From: Candidatus Blackburnbacteria bacterium
GTDB taxonomy: Bacteria > Patescibacteriota > Microgenomatia > UBA8517 > UBA10165
Reading direction: 5' to 3'
Length of the DNA: 64,000 bases
Assembly (NCBI GenBank): GCA_016183565.1
Contig: JACPEJ010000001.1
Location: 358,479 to 422,478, forward strand
A program made the translations under genes and the position numbers. Below the pieces are notes generated by a model. The model ran no database searches and was not told where the DNA came from. It saw only the letters and a list, made by a program, of their open reading frames with translations. This document shows, in pieces, positions 37,640-47,167 of the stretch (the first letter of the stretch is position 1; every line of letters starts with the position of its first letter).

Positions 37640-38824
37640 CTAGCCTAGCAGGCGAGATATATTTTTACTAAAAATAATATTCCAGTCAAATTGTTTTACA
37701 TACTGCAAAGCGTTCTTCCTATATTCTTTCCATAACTTACGGTTAGATAAAAGTTTAATTACAGCATCTGCGAATGATTCGGTACTAAAATTAACGACCA
37801 TGCTACACCTTGCTTTCTGGATTTCTTTGGCAATAGAAGGTGCCTTCGTTGTTATAACTGGTATGCCAAGGGAAAGATACTCCTTAATTTTAGCGGGATC
37901 AGCGTTTTTGGCAGGGGGGTTGTTTTTTGTGCGGTATGGGGCAAGTGCAATTGCTGAATTGGAAATAATATTCAATGCAGTTTTGTTGCTTTCAACAAAT
38001 CCATGAAATTTAATCATTTGATTTACTTGAAGTTTCTGCGCTAGCTGTTTTAGATATTCCAACTGTTCTCCTCCACCAACAATTTCCAGGGTAACGTCAG
38101 GAATGGTTTTTGCAATGATTGGCAGAGCTTTAATTGCCAAATCTACTCCTCGAAAAGCTACAAGGTGTCCAATAAATACGAGTTTTGTTTTTTTTATTCT
38201 ATTCAACGGGATTATATTTCTTTGGTTTAACCATACACCTATTGGAACTGTAAACTGTCTGGAATGACCTGTTTCCGGTATACCGTTTTCTGCTCTAAAC
38301 CTTTTCATAAATGGTGAGACGTTCCAAGTTTCATCACAGTTCGCAACGCATAATTTGTCAAGTTTGTGATATATCCAATTGATAAATGTATTGCTAAACC
38401 TCTCTGGGTACAAATCAATTGTGTAATATATGACCTTATTTACTTTCCCAAGTTTTTTGAGCACCAAGCCCGCTAGAGCATTTAGGTTGTTAATGCCAAA
38501 ATATAAATCGTAAGTATTTCTTGATTTGAGTATCCAATATGTTGTGTAGAGAAAATCTTTAATATAGTGGCCTGACTCAGGAAGTATGACCCGAGGTGCT
38601 TTTGAAGTTTTTACAGGAGAGTTTCCATTGTAATGTTCAACTTCAGAGTGGAGCTTGTAACTTTCTTTAAGCAAAAGAAGTGGATGCTTAATATACAATA
38701 GAGACTTGCAGTTGTGTGTTAGCAGAAACCTTTTTAAGTCATCTCCTGGTATACAAGGCATTATTGATCTGTGTGTAACGATAGCTATATTCTTGCTTCC
38801 CAGGTTTATCTTTGGTCTGCCCAT
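37640..38824 (-). CDS. GT4-family glycosyltransferase (paralog family member)
   Basis: 'YYTIDLYPERFSNTFINWIYHKLDKLCVANCDETWNVSPFM' and 'KLVFIGHLVAFRGVDLAIKALPIIAKTIPDVTLEIVGGG'. There is a 29-bp divergent gap to the 38854 gene. Confidence 0.65.
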   Translation of the reverse strand: MGRPKINLGSKNIAIVTHRSIMPCIPGDDLKRFLLTHNCKSLLYIKHPLLLLKESYKLHSEVEHYNGNSPVKTSKAPRVILPESGHYIKDFLYTTYWILKSRNTYDLYFGINNLNALAGLVLKKLGKVNKVIYYTIDLYPERFSNTFINWIYHKLDKLCVANCDETWNVSPFMKRFRAENGIPETGHSRQFTVPIGVWLNQRNIIPLNRIKKTKLVFIGHLVAFRGVDLAIKALPIIAKTIPDVTLEIVGGGEQLEYLKQLAQKLQVNQMIKFHGFVESNKTALNIISNSAIALAPYRTKNNPPAKNADPAKIKEYLSLGIPVITTKAPSIAKEIQKARCSMVVNFSTESFADAVIKLLSNRKLWKEYRKNALQYVKQFDWNIIFSKNISRLLG

Positions 38825-38853
38825 CTGTTAATTTTACCTAATATGCCGACAAA

Positions 38854-39699
38854 ATGTTAGAATTTGTTAATCGTACTAGCATGAACAGAATTAAAGTGTC
38901 GGTTTTGATGCCTGTCTACAATGCAGAAAAGTATGTAGATTTTGCAATCCAAAGCATACTTGGACAAACTTTTCGCAATTTCGAGTTTGTCATTGTCGAT
39001 GACTACTCGACTGACAAAAGCTGGGAGATTATTAAAAAATATGCCAAACTGGACAAGCGAATCATTGTACTTAGAAATAGAGAAAATTTGAGAACTACAA
39101 AGAGCCTTAATCGGGGATTGAAACTTGCCAGGGGTAAGTATGTTGCTCGTATGGACGCTGACGATTGGAGTTATCCTGATAGATTAGAAAAGCAATTTCA
39201 GTTTATGGAACAACATCTAATGGTTGGAGTTAGTGGAGGAACTATTGAGATCTGTGACAGAAACCTGAAAGTTTTGAATCTTCGGAGATATCCATTAAAT
39301 GATCAAGCGGCCAGAAAAATAATTTTTAGATACAGCCCTTTTGCACATCCTGTCACAATATGGAGAACAGAGGTTATAAAGAGGGTGGGTGGTTACAATG
39401 AAAATATACCATTAAGCCAAGATTACGAGTTGTACTTCAGGATAGGAAAAGTATCAAAATTTGCTAACCTTCCGGATGTGTTGTTAAAGTTGCGAACGCA
39501 TAATAATTCAAGTTCGATAGTGAGAGGAAAGTATCAAGAACAGTATGCGCTTTACTCGAGAATTAAGGCATTTTTAGAATATGGGTATGACATGACAACT
39601 GCTGATAAATTTTATTCCTTTTTTCAAATGTTGAGCATTGTAATAGTTCCACCAAAAATAAAGTTTTGGCTATTCAATTTCTTGAGGAGAGCAAGGTAA
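38854..39699 (+). CDS. GT2-family glycosyltransferase
   Basis: 'VSVLMPVYNAEKYVDFAIQSILGQTFRNFEFVIVDDYSTDKSWEII' and 'VARMDADD'. Confidence 0.7.
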   Translation: MLEFVNRTSMNRIKVSVLMPVYNAEKYVDFAIQSILGQTFRNFEFVIVDDYSTDKSWEIIKKYAKLDKRIIVLRNRENLRTTKSLNRGLKLARGKYVARMDADDWSYPDRLEKQFQFMEQHLMVGVSGGTIEICDRNLKVLNLRRYPLNDQAARKIIFRYSPFAHPVTIWRTEVIKRVGGYNENIPLSQDYELYFRIGKVSKFANLPDVLLKLRTHNNSSSIVRGKYQEQYALYSRIKAFLEYGYDMTTADKFYSFFQMLSIVIVPPKIKFWLFNFLRRAR

Positions 39700-41558
39700 T
39701 GTGTGCTATAGCTGGTTATTGTGGAGACGGAAATAAAGCATGCCTTGAGAAAATGCTTCAAATTCTCAAACATCGTGGTCCTGATGATAGCGGAATATTT
39801 ATAAATGGGTATGTTGGATTGGGCAGTAACAGACTTTCGATAATAGATCTATCCGCAAGAGGCCATCAACCTATATTCAACGAAGATAATTCAATTTGTA
39901 TTGTTTACAACGGTGAAGTCTACAACTTTCAAGCCCTAAGAAAGAAACTCGAGCGCAAACATAAATTTAGATCTCACACAGATACAGAAGTGATACTTCA
40001 TGCTTACGAAGAGTGGGGTATCGATTGTCTAAAGGTGTTAAACGGGATGTTCGCGTTTGTTATTTATGACAAAAACAAAGACTTGCTGTTTGGGGCAAGG
40101 GACAGGCTTGGAGAAAAACCCTTAAAATATTTCTGGGACGGCAAACTTTTTGCGTTTGCATCGGAGATAAAAGGGCTTTTGCCAATTGTAAAAAAGCGAG
40201 AAATACATTCAGAGGCGATTGACGACTACCTAACTCTTCAATATATTCCCTCTCCAAAAACTGGTTTTAAAAATATTTTCAAGGTTCCGGCTGGGCATTA
40301 TTTTATTTTCAAAAGTGGGAAACTGGTAGTTAAGAGATATTGGGGGCTAGATTATTCTCAAAAGTTGAAGCTAAAGGAGGAAGAGTGGGAGGAGATAATT
40401 TTTGAAAAGATTAATGAGTCAGTTGCAAGTCGAACGATATCCGATGTGCCAATTGGCGCTTTTTTGTCGGGGGGTGTTGATTCAAGCACTATAGTTGCTT
40501 TTCTTAGTCAGGACATAAACTCGAAACTTAAAACATTCAGTATCGGTTTTGAAGACCCTCGATTTGACGAAAGCAAATGTGCACTACAGATTGCAAAGCA
40601 ATATCACACCGAGCACTCCCTCTTGAAAGTTGGGTTAAAGGAGATGGAGGGTGTCTTTACCCATTTGGCTGACTATTATGATGAACCTTTTGCAGATAAC
40701 TCTAGTATTCCCACGATAATACTATCGCGATTTGCAAGGAAGGACGTAAAAGTTGCACTAAGCGGTGATGGAGGAGATGAGAATTTTGGAGGATACGAAC
40801 GGTACAGTGTTGTAAGGTTTTCAGAAAGTTACAAACGAGTTTTGAAAATGGCACGAGGTTTGGTTAAAAGCATAAGTGGCATTGGCGCAAAATTACACAA
40901 AAGCCAACTTTTGGATAGAATGAATATTTTTGCCTTAAGCTTTGATGACCCTTTCTATAAAAAGTATGTATATTACAACTGTTTTTTTAAACATAACGAC
41001 AAAAGAGCACTTTACTCAAGGGAATTTTTAAGCCGAATTTGCAAAAACGATACATTTAATATTTTTAGAAATTTCTATAATAGAAAATTGAGCGATTTGG
41101 ATAACGCTTTAAGCATAGACATCCAGTCTTATCTGCCTGAAGATCTTTTGTATAAAATGGACACGAGTTCTATGAGTGCTTCTTTAGAAGTGCGAGCACC
41201 GTTTCTTAATCACGAACTTTTCGAGTTAACTGCCAAAATGCCAGACAAACTAAAAGTACGGCTTTTTGAGAAAAAATACATTTTCAAAAAAATGCTTGGT
41301 AAAAAGCAGATACTCTTACCGGGGATATTAAACCGAAGAAAGCAAGGTTTTGTTGCTCCAATTGAGCAATGGATGAGGGGGGACCTTGGAAATTTTGTGA
41401 TAGATCAGACAACCTCTAAAAAAAACAAACAGATGAATATCTTTGATTCTTCAAAAATTGAGATATATTTGTCTGACTATTTAGCTGGCAAGCACAACGA
41501 AAACAATAATATCTTTGCTTTATTTTCTTTGTGTTCATGGATAAATAAATATTTTTAA
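39699..41558 (+). CDS. asnB: asparagine synthetase B-type glutamine amidotransferase (WbpS-like, sugar amidation)
   Basis: 'MCAIAGY' gives the N-terminal Cys nucleophile directly after the ATG at 39699 (TAATG overlap). 'SGGVDSS' is the PP-loop. 620 aa. Confidence 0.85.
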   Translation: MCAIAGYCGDGNKACLEKMLQILKHRGPDDSGIFINGYVGLGSNRLSIIDLSARGHQPIFNEDNSICIVYNGEVYNFQALRKKLERKHKFRSHTDTEVILHAYEEWGIDCLKVLNGMFAFVIYDKNKDLLFGARDRLGEKPLKYFWDGKLFAFASEIKGLLPIVKKREIHSEAIDDYLTLQYIPSPKTGFKNIFKVPAGHYFIFKSGKLVVKRYWGLDYSQKLKLKEEEWEEIIFEKINESVASRTISDVPIGAFLSGGVDSSTIVAFLSQDINSKLKTFSIGFEDPRFDESKCALQIAKQYHTEHSLLKVGLKEMEGVFTHLADYYDEPFADNSSIPTIILSRFARKDVKVALSGDGGDENFGGYERYSVVRFSESYKRVLKMARGLVKSISGIGAKLHKSQLLDRMNIFALSFDDPFYKKYVYYNCFFKHNDKRALYSREFLSRICKNDTFNIFRNFYNRKLSDLDNALSIDIQSYLPEDLLYKMDTSSMSASLEVRAPFLNHELFELTAKMPDKLKVRLFEKKYIFKKMLGKKQILLPGILNRRKQGFVAPIEQWMRGDLGNFVIDQTTSKKNKQMNIFDSSKIEIYLSDYLAGKHNENNNIFALFSLCSWINKYF

Positions 41559-42274
41559 TGGCCATCTTAAAAAAACTCTTCCCATTTTTAAGAAACGATG
41601 AAAGGAGAGAAATTTGGGTTTGCCAAAAACTGGCTTCAATTCCAAAGAGGGAAAAAATCTTAGATGTTGGTGCAGGAGAGTGTCGATATAAAAAATACTG
41701 CCAGCATTTGCTCTACAAAAGCCAAGACTTTGGACAGTATACAGGACAGGGCGACTATTCTGGTCTGCAGACTGGTACATGGGATACCTCAAAGATTGAT
41801 ATAATCTCTGATATAACAAATATTCCCGTTTCAAGTAGTTCTTATGACAATATATTGTGCACTGAGGTTCTTGAACACATACCATATCCCGATATGGCAA
41901 TAAAAGAGATATCAAGAATTTTGAAAAAAGGTGGTAGACTTATTTTGACGGCTCCATTTTGCTCGCTAACTCACATGTCGCCCTATTTTTACTGCACTGG
42001 ATTTAGTATTAGTTGGTATAATCGAATCTTAAAAGAAAATAAACTAGACATTGTTGAAATGGAGGCAAATGGGAATTTTTTTGATTTTGTATCTCAGGAA
42101 CTTGCTCGTTTGCCTCTTACGCTTAAAAAGTATTCCTTCTTGGGGCTTCTGGCGCTGATTTTATACATGCTTCTACTACCGATAATTCTATTGGTTTCTT
42201 TACTTTCCTACCTGGATAAAGGCTCAGAAAAGCAGCTTTGCTTCGGGTGGCATGTCTTAGCTAAAAAATGTTGA
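41558..42274 (+). CDS. class I SAM methyltransferase with a C-terminal TM anchor (paralog of the 23537 gene)
   Basis: 'ILDVGAGECRY', 'CTEVLEHIPYPDMAIKEISRILKKGGRLILTAPF', and the C-terminal 'LLALILYMLLLPIILLVSLLSYL'. TAATG overlap with the upstream gene. Confidence 0.65.
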   Translation: MAILKKLFPFLRNDERREIWVCQKLASIPKREKILDVGAGECRYKKYCQHLLYKSQDFGQYTGQGDYSGLQTGTWDTSKIDIISDITNIPVSSSSYDNILCTEVLEHIPYPDMAIKEISRILKKGGRLILTAPFCSLTHMSPYFYCTGFSISWYNRILKENKLDIVEMEANGNFFDFVSQELARLPLTLKKYSFLGLLALILYMLLLPIILLVSLLSYLDKGSEKQLCFGWHVLAKKC

Positions 42275-43899
42275 TTAATACTTTAAAAAAATTGCTACCT
42301 TTTCTATCACTCGCAGTGGTAGTAGTTTTTGTTTTTAAAGATTTGCCGCAAACTTTCTATCAGCAGGACGAGTGGAACGGGTTGGGGCTAGCCCTTGCTG
42401 AAGGGTCGAGATCCATTTTGAATGGTGTCCAAAGTGTTATCAGTATTTTCCTTGGTAAGGGACGGTTGATATCTAATGGGATTTTTTATTTATTCCTCTA
42501 CGGGTTCCCTTTTCAGAATTCTCAAATGGCAATTTTTGCTATTTTTTTGCACCTGATTGCAACATCTCTAGTATATTTTCTTGTAAATAGATTTCTCAAA
42601 AATTCCACTATTTCATTTTTAGGAGCGCTATTTTTTGCTGTGAACTCAGTCTCACATGGTGCTGTTACCTGGCCTTTTGTTGCAACAAGCGCTGTGGGGT
42701 CTAGTATTTTTGTTCTTTTAGCAACACTTTTTTTCTTTAGATATATAGATACCACTAAGACAAAGTGGTTATTTCTAGCAGGTCTGTTGCTTTATCTCTC
42801 TTTGTGGTTTAAAGAAACCGGACTCTACATGTTTATTTTCCTTCCATTTGCAACACTTATCTTTAAGAAGTACGAGCCCTTAATTTTTCTGAAAAAATTT
42901 TGGTTGTTTCTACTGCCATTCCTATTAATTGTTGGTTATAGAGTTTTGGAACTTCGCCTTAGAATAACAGGCTCAAACCTTTATATCACAGGTAACAACG
43001 ACAACTTCTTTTTAACCTTAATAATTCGCGCGATTTTATATCCTCTTACTTCTTTTTCGCTAATGTTTGTGCCAGGAAATCACTTTATAGAATTTGCCAG
43101 AGAAGTAGTGCATGATAACTACCCATTTTTTGCCGGTGCTCCCAACTTTGTATTAATCGCACAATCTGCAATTTTAGATATCCTTGCCGTAGTTCTGACA
43201 GGCTTCATTATTTTTGTAATCTTTTTATTTTTAAGGAAAGAGAAGTCTGAAAACATTAATATTGTTATATTCTGGTTAGCATTCTCGCTCTTTAGTTTTA
43301 TTCCTTACATTGTACTTGCTAAAGATTTTTCATACCTTGAGTCGAGATATTACTATGTTTCGGTCGCAGGCGGGTCTTTTTTGCTAGCATGGTTGCTTCA
43401 AAGGCTTAGACAAATTATTGGGAAGGTAGGATTTTTGGTTTTTGTTGCACCGCTTTATGTGTTTTTTCTCTGGTGGCATGTGAATACAGTAAGGGCCGCT
43501 ATCTCTGAGCAGGTGGTGTTAAGCAATATACGAAATAATTTTATTATCCAGTTAAGAGAACAGCTGCCCACGCTGAATGCTAAAAAAAATATCTTTTATG
43601 TTACTAGTGATAAAAATTACTGGGCGGATACAAATATGCTTCCTTTTCAGCAGGGTTCGGGATATACTCTTATGGTCTTATATTACTATTCCGGAAAAAT
43701 ACCAAGTGAGTTTTTAAAAAATGGGTATCTATTTGAGATCGGGAGTCAAGGATACAAGGAGTCGGGCGATTTAGGCTTTGGTTTCTTCTGGAATAAAGAA
43801 GAACTTACAAAAGCTATGGAAACCCACAAACTTCCTGAAAATAGTATAATTTACTTAAGTTACAATTCCAAAAAAGAAAGTGTGACTATATCTAAATGA
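42268..43899 (+). CDS. polytopic membrane protein, GT-C-like (first-loop 'QDEWNG' acidic motif)
   Basis: 543 aa with about 12 TM helices. 'FYQQDEWNGLGLALAEG' comes after TM1. C-terminal soluble domain. Confidence 0.4.
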   Translation: MLINTLKKLLPFLSLAVVVVFVFKDLPQTFYQQDEWNGLGLALAEGSRSILNGVQSVISIFLGKGRLISNGIFYLFLYGFPFQNSQMAIFAIFLHLIATSLVYFLVNRFLKNSTISFLGALFFAVNSVSHGAVTWPFVATSAVGSSIFVLLATLFFFRYIDTTKTKWLFLAGLLLYLSLWFKETGLYMFIFLPFATLIFKKYEPLIFLKKFWLFLLPFLLIVGYRVLELRLRITGSNLYITGNNDNFFLTLIIRAILYPLTSFSLMFVPGNHFIEFAREVVHDNYPFFAGAPNFVLIAQSAILDILAVVLTGFIIFVIFLFLRKEKSENINIVIFWLAFSLFSFIPYIVLAKDFSYLESRYYYVSVAGGSFLLAWLLQRLRQIIGKVGFLVFVAPLYVFFLWWHVNTVRAAISEQVVLSNIRNNFIIQLREQLPTLNAKKNIFYVTSDKNYWADTNMLPFQQGSGYTLMVLYYYSGKIPSEFLKNGYLFEIGSQGYKESGDLGFGFFWNKEELTKAMETHKLPENSIIYLSYNSKKESVTISK

Positions 43900-44507
43900 T
43901 TAAAGCGGTTATTTTTGATTTAGACGGTGTGCTTGTTGATGCTACTGAATGGCATTTTGAGGCTCTTAATGATGCTCTCAAGCTTTTTGGCTTTGAGATA
44001 ACTCGTGATGAGCATGTTGGTTTTTATAATGGCCTTCCTACTGCGGAGAAGTTAAGGGTTCTTTCAGAAAAAAAGGCATTGCCAGTGGGTTTACATGAGG
44101 TTATAAAATCAATGAAGAGAAAATATACTGACGAAAGAGTGGCTCGGTTATGCAGGCCAAGTTATGAAAAGCAGTTAATGCTTCGCCAATTAAAAGCAAA
44201 AGGTTATAAATTAGCATGTTGTAGTAATGCACAAAAATATTCTGTTGTGAATATGCTTACATTCGCGGGGATTATCGATTTTTTTGATCTGGTAATCGGT
44301 AACGACGAAGGTTTTAAACCTAAACCAGCACCTGATATTTATTTGGCAGCTTTTGAACGCTTGAGTATCTTGCCTTCCGAAGCGGTTATAATAGAAGATG
44401 CTCCCCACGGGATTCAGTCGGCAAAGGCCTCTGGGGCAAGGGTAATTGAGGTTAAAGGATATCATGATGTGGACTTGTCGCTTTTTGCCAACTCGAAGGT
44501 AATCTAA
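43896..44507 (+). CDS. HAD-superfamily phosphatase (beta-phosphoglucomutase-like subfamily IA)
   Basis: 'VIFDLDGVLVD' is motif I with nucleophile Asp. Also 'LACCSNA' and 'IIEDAPHGIQSAKASGARVIEV'. Confidence 0.75.
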   Translation: MIKAVIFDLDGVLVDATEWHFEALNDALKLFGFEITRDEHVGFYNGLPTAEKLRVLSEKKALPVGLHEVIKSMKRKYTDERVARLCRPSYEKQLMLRQLKAKGYKLACCSNAQKYSVVNMLTFAGIIDFFDLVIGNDEGFKPKPAPDIYLAAFERLSILPSEAVIIEDAPHGIQSAKASGARVIEVKGYHDVDLSLFANSKVI

Positions 44508-45239
44508 ATGCAAAAAACACTTAATATAGTAATTCCTTTGGCCGGAGCTGGTTCAAGTTTCGTTAAAGCTGGATATAGTTTTCCTAAACCTTTAATCGAT
44601 ATAAATGGCAAGCCGATGATTCAAGCAGTAATTGAAAACCTTATTCCCAAGTTTAGTCATAGGTTTATTCTTATTTGTAGAGAAGAACATTATGAAAAGT
44701 ACTCACTTTACCAAATTTTTGCCAATGCTACCCGTGATAACTATGAGTGTGTTCGCCTCTTGGCTCCAACGCAGGGGGCTGCCTGTACTGTTCTAACAGC
44801 CGTTGATTATATAAACAATGATGATGAGCTTGTTATTGCCAACGCCGATCAGTTGGTGGATGTGAGTTTGGAAGACTTTGTCAAATTTGCTCGAGAGAAC
44901 AAGCTTGATGGTGCCTTAATGACATTTAATTCAAGTCATCCTCGGTGGAGTTATGCTCTTTCGGACAAAAGGGGGAATGTTTTAGAGGTTGCTGAAAAAC
45001 GAGTAATTTCTGATAATGCAACTGTTGGTCTTTACTACTTCCGAAAAGGGAGTTTTTTTGTAGAGAGTGCGGCAAAGATGATAGGGAAGGATATTAGGGT
45101 TAATGGTGAGTTCTATGTAAGCCCGGTATATAATGAGATGATACTAGCGGATAAGAAGATTAAGATATTGCCGATTGATAAAACAAAAATGCATAGTTTG
45201 GGTACACCGGAGGATTTGCGCGAATATCTAAAAAAATGA
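44508..45239 (+). CDS. sugar-phosphate nucleotidyltransferase (LicC/IspD/MobA-like NTP_transferase fold)
   Basis: 'IVIPLAGAGSSFVKAGYSFPKPLIDINGKPMIQAVIENL' is the G-rich NTP-binding loop plus 'KPL..I.GKPMI'. C-terminal 'LGTPEDLREY'. Confidence 0.6.
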   Translation: MQKTLNIVIPLAGAGSSFVKAGYSFPKPLIDINGKPMIQAVIENLIPKFSHRFILICREEHYEKYSLYQIFANATRDNYECVRLLAPTQGAACTVLTAVDYINNDDELVIANADQLVDVSLEDFVKFARENKLDGALMTFNSSHPRWSYALSDKRGNVLEVAEKRVISDNATVGLYYFRKGSFFVESAAKMIGKDIRVNGEFYVSPVYNEMILADKKIKILPIDKTKMHSLGTPEDLREYLKK

Positions 45240-46042
45240 TTATTGTTGTTCCGATGGCAGGTAGAGGTTCCAGGTTTTTTGATGCTCAGCATCTCAATCC
45301 CGAGTATGCTAACCCTAAGCCATTGATTGCTATTCTTGGTAAACCTATGGTGTGTTGGGCTATTGAATCGCTTCCATTTATTGATTTGCCAAAAAGGCCA
45401 GCTAGTACAGAACTCAAGGTCCCAACTAGTAAACTTGTTTTTATTTGCAGGAGGGATCATGAAGATGAATTTGCAATTTCCTCCAAGCTTAAAGAAGTAT
45501 TCGCAGAGGATATAACAGTTCTCTTTGTCGATCAGATAACCCGAGGTGCTGCGGAGACTGTACTTATAGCAAAGGATTTGATAAACACAGATGAAGAAAT
45601 TATAATTTCTGACTCAGACCATTACTTTGACGGAACAAATCTTTACGAAGCAATACGTTCAAAAAATAGTGAAACCGTAGGCATAATTCCTGTTTTTCAG
45701 CCGCCTGACAACGAGCCTAAGTGGAGCTACACACTTTTTGACGAGAACAGAGTTGCTTCTGCTGTTGGAGAAAAAGACGCGGAGTTAGCTGCAAAAGGCG
45801 CTTGGGCGAATATTGGGGGGTATTACTTCTCAAAGGGGAAGATTTATGTTGAGGAGGCAGAGGAGATGATTGCAAATGGTGATATGTACGGAGCCGAGGG
45901 GAAGAAAGAGTTTTACCTTGCGCCGGTTTATGACAGACTTATTAAAAAAGGGCATAGGGTGGAGGTGGCACTTATTCCTCAAGTGTGGGGTTTGGGTACA
46001 CCTAAAGATGTAGAGTATTTTGAGAATAACTTCAAGCAATGA
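45236..46042 (+). CDS. sugar-phosphate nucleotidyltransferase, paralog of the 44508 gene, with a ~35-aa insertion
   Basis: 'IIVVPMAGRGSRFFDAQHLNPEYANPKPLIAILGKPMVCWAIESL' and C-terminal 'LGTPKDVEYF'. ATGA overlap with the upstream gene. Confidence 0.6.
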   Translation: MIIVVPMAGRGSRFFDAQHLNPEYANPKPLIAILGKPMVCWAIESLPFIDLPKRPASTELKVPTSKLVFICRRDHEDEFAISSKLKEVFAEDITVLFVDQITRGAAETVLIAKDLINTDEEIIISDSDHYFDGTNLYEAIRSKNSETVGIIPVFQPPDNEPKWSYTLFDENRVASAVGEKDAELAAKGAWANIGGYYFSKGKIYVEEAEEMIANGDMYGAEGKKEFYLAPVYDRLIKKGHRVEVALIPQVWGLGTPKDVEYFENNFKQ

Positions 46043-46380
46043 AAACTTATAGATTGAATGAGTTTAAAGGGGGTTGGTTTGTGGGTAATTTTTTACCAAC
46101 TATAATTGATACAAAGGAATGTGAGGTTGCTGTTAAAGTTTATAAGAAAGGTGACTTTGACGAAGCACACTATCACAAGTTAGCTGATGAGATAACTGTT
46201 GTGGTTTATGGAAAATGTAGTATTAATGGCCAAATTTATGGGCCGGGGGATATTATTTGGCTTGAGAGAAATGATGTTTCTAAATTTGAAGCATTGGAAG
46301 ATTCGGCAAATGTTATTGTAAAAATTCCCTCAGTAGTAGGTGATAAGTACGTGGTGGAATCAGAAGTTGCTGCGAAGTAA
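46039..46380 (+). CDS. small cupin-fold protein (possible sugar isomerase/epimerase-type)
   Basis: 113 aa. 'HYHKLADEITVVVYGKCSINGQIYGPGDIIWLE' shows a cupin His and a beta-strand pattern. Confidence 0.4.
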   Translation: MKTYRLNEFKGGWFVGNFLPTIIDTKECEVAVKVYKKGDFDEAHYHKLADEITVVVYGKCSINGQIYGPGDIIWLERNDVSKFEALEDSANVIVKIPSVVGDKYVVESEVAAK

Positions 46381-47061
46381 GTTGAGGGGAGATCCGGTTG
46401 ATGCTGCTCCAATTTCTAAAACCAGCGGTTCAGCAGAAATCTGGTGTCTGAGTTTAGCCATTCTTTGCCCATAAACCCTAAGCTTTTGTGCCTGATCCTC
46501 AGTTGGCAAACCGGTTATCCTGGCTGCACTAATGTGTAACATGTCTGTTATAAGAAGAGGCTTTAGCCCCTGACCTGTGTAGGCCTCGGCAAGTTCTTCC
46601 CTTGCTGCAAGTACCCATTCTGGTATTTCAAGAGCAGTTAAGAGTAAATTACCTTTATCAACCAGTAAATATTTGTATTCAATCGTTTTGCCAACTAGGC
46701 CGTTTAACAGTGCTCCAACAGATTGGCCATCTAGCACTTGTGCAAACTTCTGTTGCCTCTCGGCAACATCTGTGCCTTCGTATAGACCTTCTAGCAGAGT
46801 AGAGTGAAGTTTAAAGTCACGTCCAGCGAGAAAGAAGTCAACACCTAGCTCGTCTCCGATTGCAGTAATTTGGTTCCCAACTTTTTCTCTGAACCGAGCT
46901 TCGGAATCTGAAGTGAAGCATAGAGCGGTGTTGAATCGGTTATTTAGGCTTTCTGGAAAGCTGCTAAATTCCTGTATAGCTCCTTCTTGGTAGAGTGCTG
47001 CTGTTCCAGCACGATCTATTCCTGCGTATTTTCTACCGGTTCCACTGACACTTTCTGTCAT
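46360..47061 (-). CDS. 2H-phosphoesterase (LigT-like)-family protein
   Basis: Two H-x-[ST]-x motifs about 80 aa apart: 'KLHSTLLEG' and 'MLHISAARITG'. The GC content is visibly higher than in neighbouring genes. Confidence 0.4.
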   Translation of the reverse strand: MTESVSGTGRKYAGIDRAGTAALYQEGAIQEFSSFPESLNNRFNTALCFTSDSEARFREKVGNQITAIGDELGVDFFLAGRDFKLHSTLLEGLYEGTDVAERQQKFAQVLDGQSVGALLNGLVGKTIEYKYLLVDKGNLLLTALEIPEWVLAAREELAEAYTGQGLKPLLITDMLHISAARITGLPTEDQAQKLRVYGQRMAKLRHQISAEPLVLEIGAASTGSPLNLLRSNF

Positions 47062-47167
47062 GTGGGGATATTATAGTTGTTCGACAGAGATCAGTCAAGT
47101 TCTCGGTTTGGATTACGGAAAGCGCCTGGGTACCTAAAGGTGGGTGCCAAATTGAGGTGGTAAATAG

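Noticed and set aside
47062-47167. The 106-bp intergenic gap, and the 220-bp gap at 48074-48293. I inspected both for tRNA, small RNA or riboswitch structure.
   Set aside because: I could find no cloverleaf-compatible stems or conserved riboswitch motifs by eye. The gaps are AT-rich and are best explained as promoter or terminator space. A promoter candidate in the larger gap is reported as a feature.
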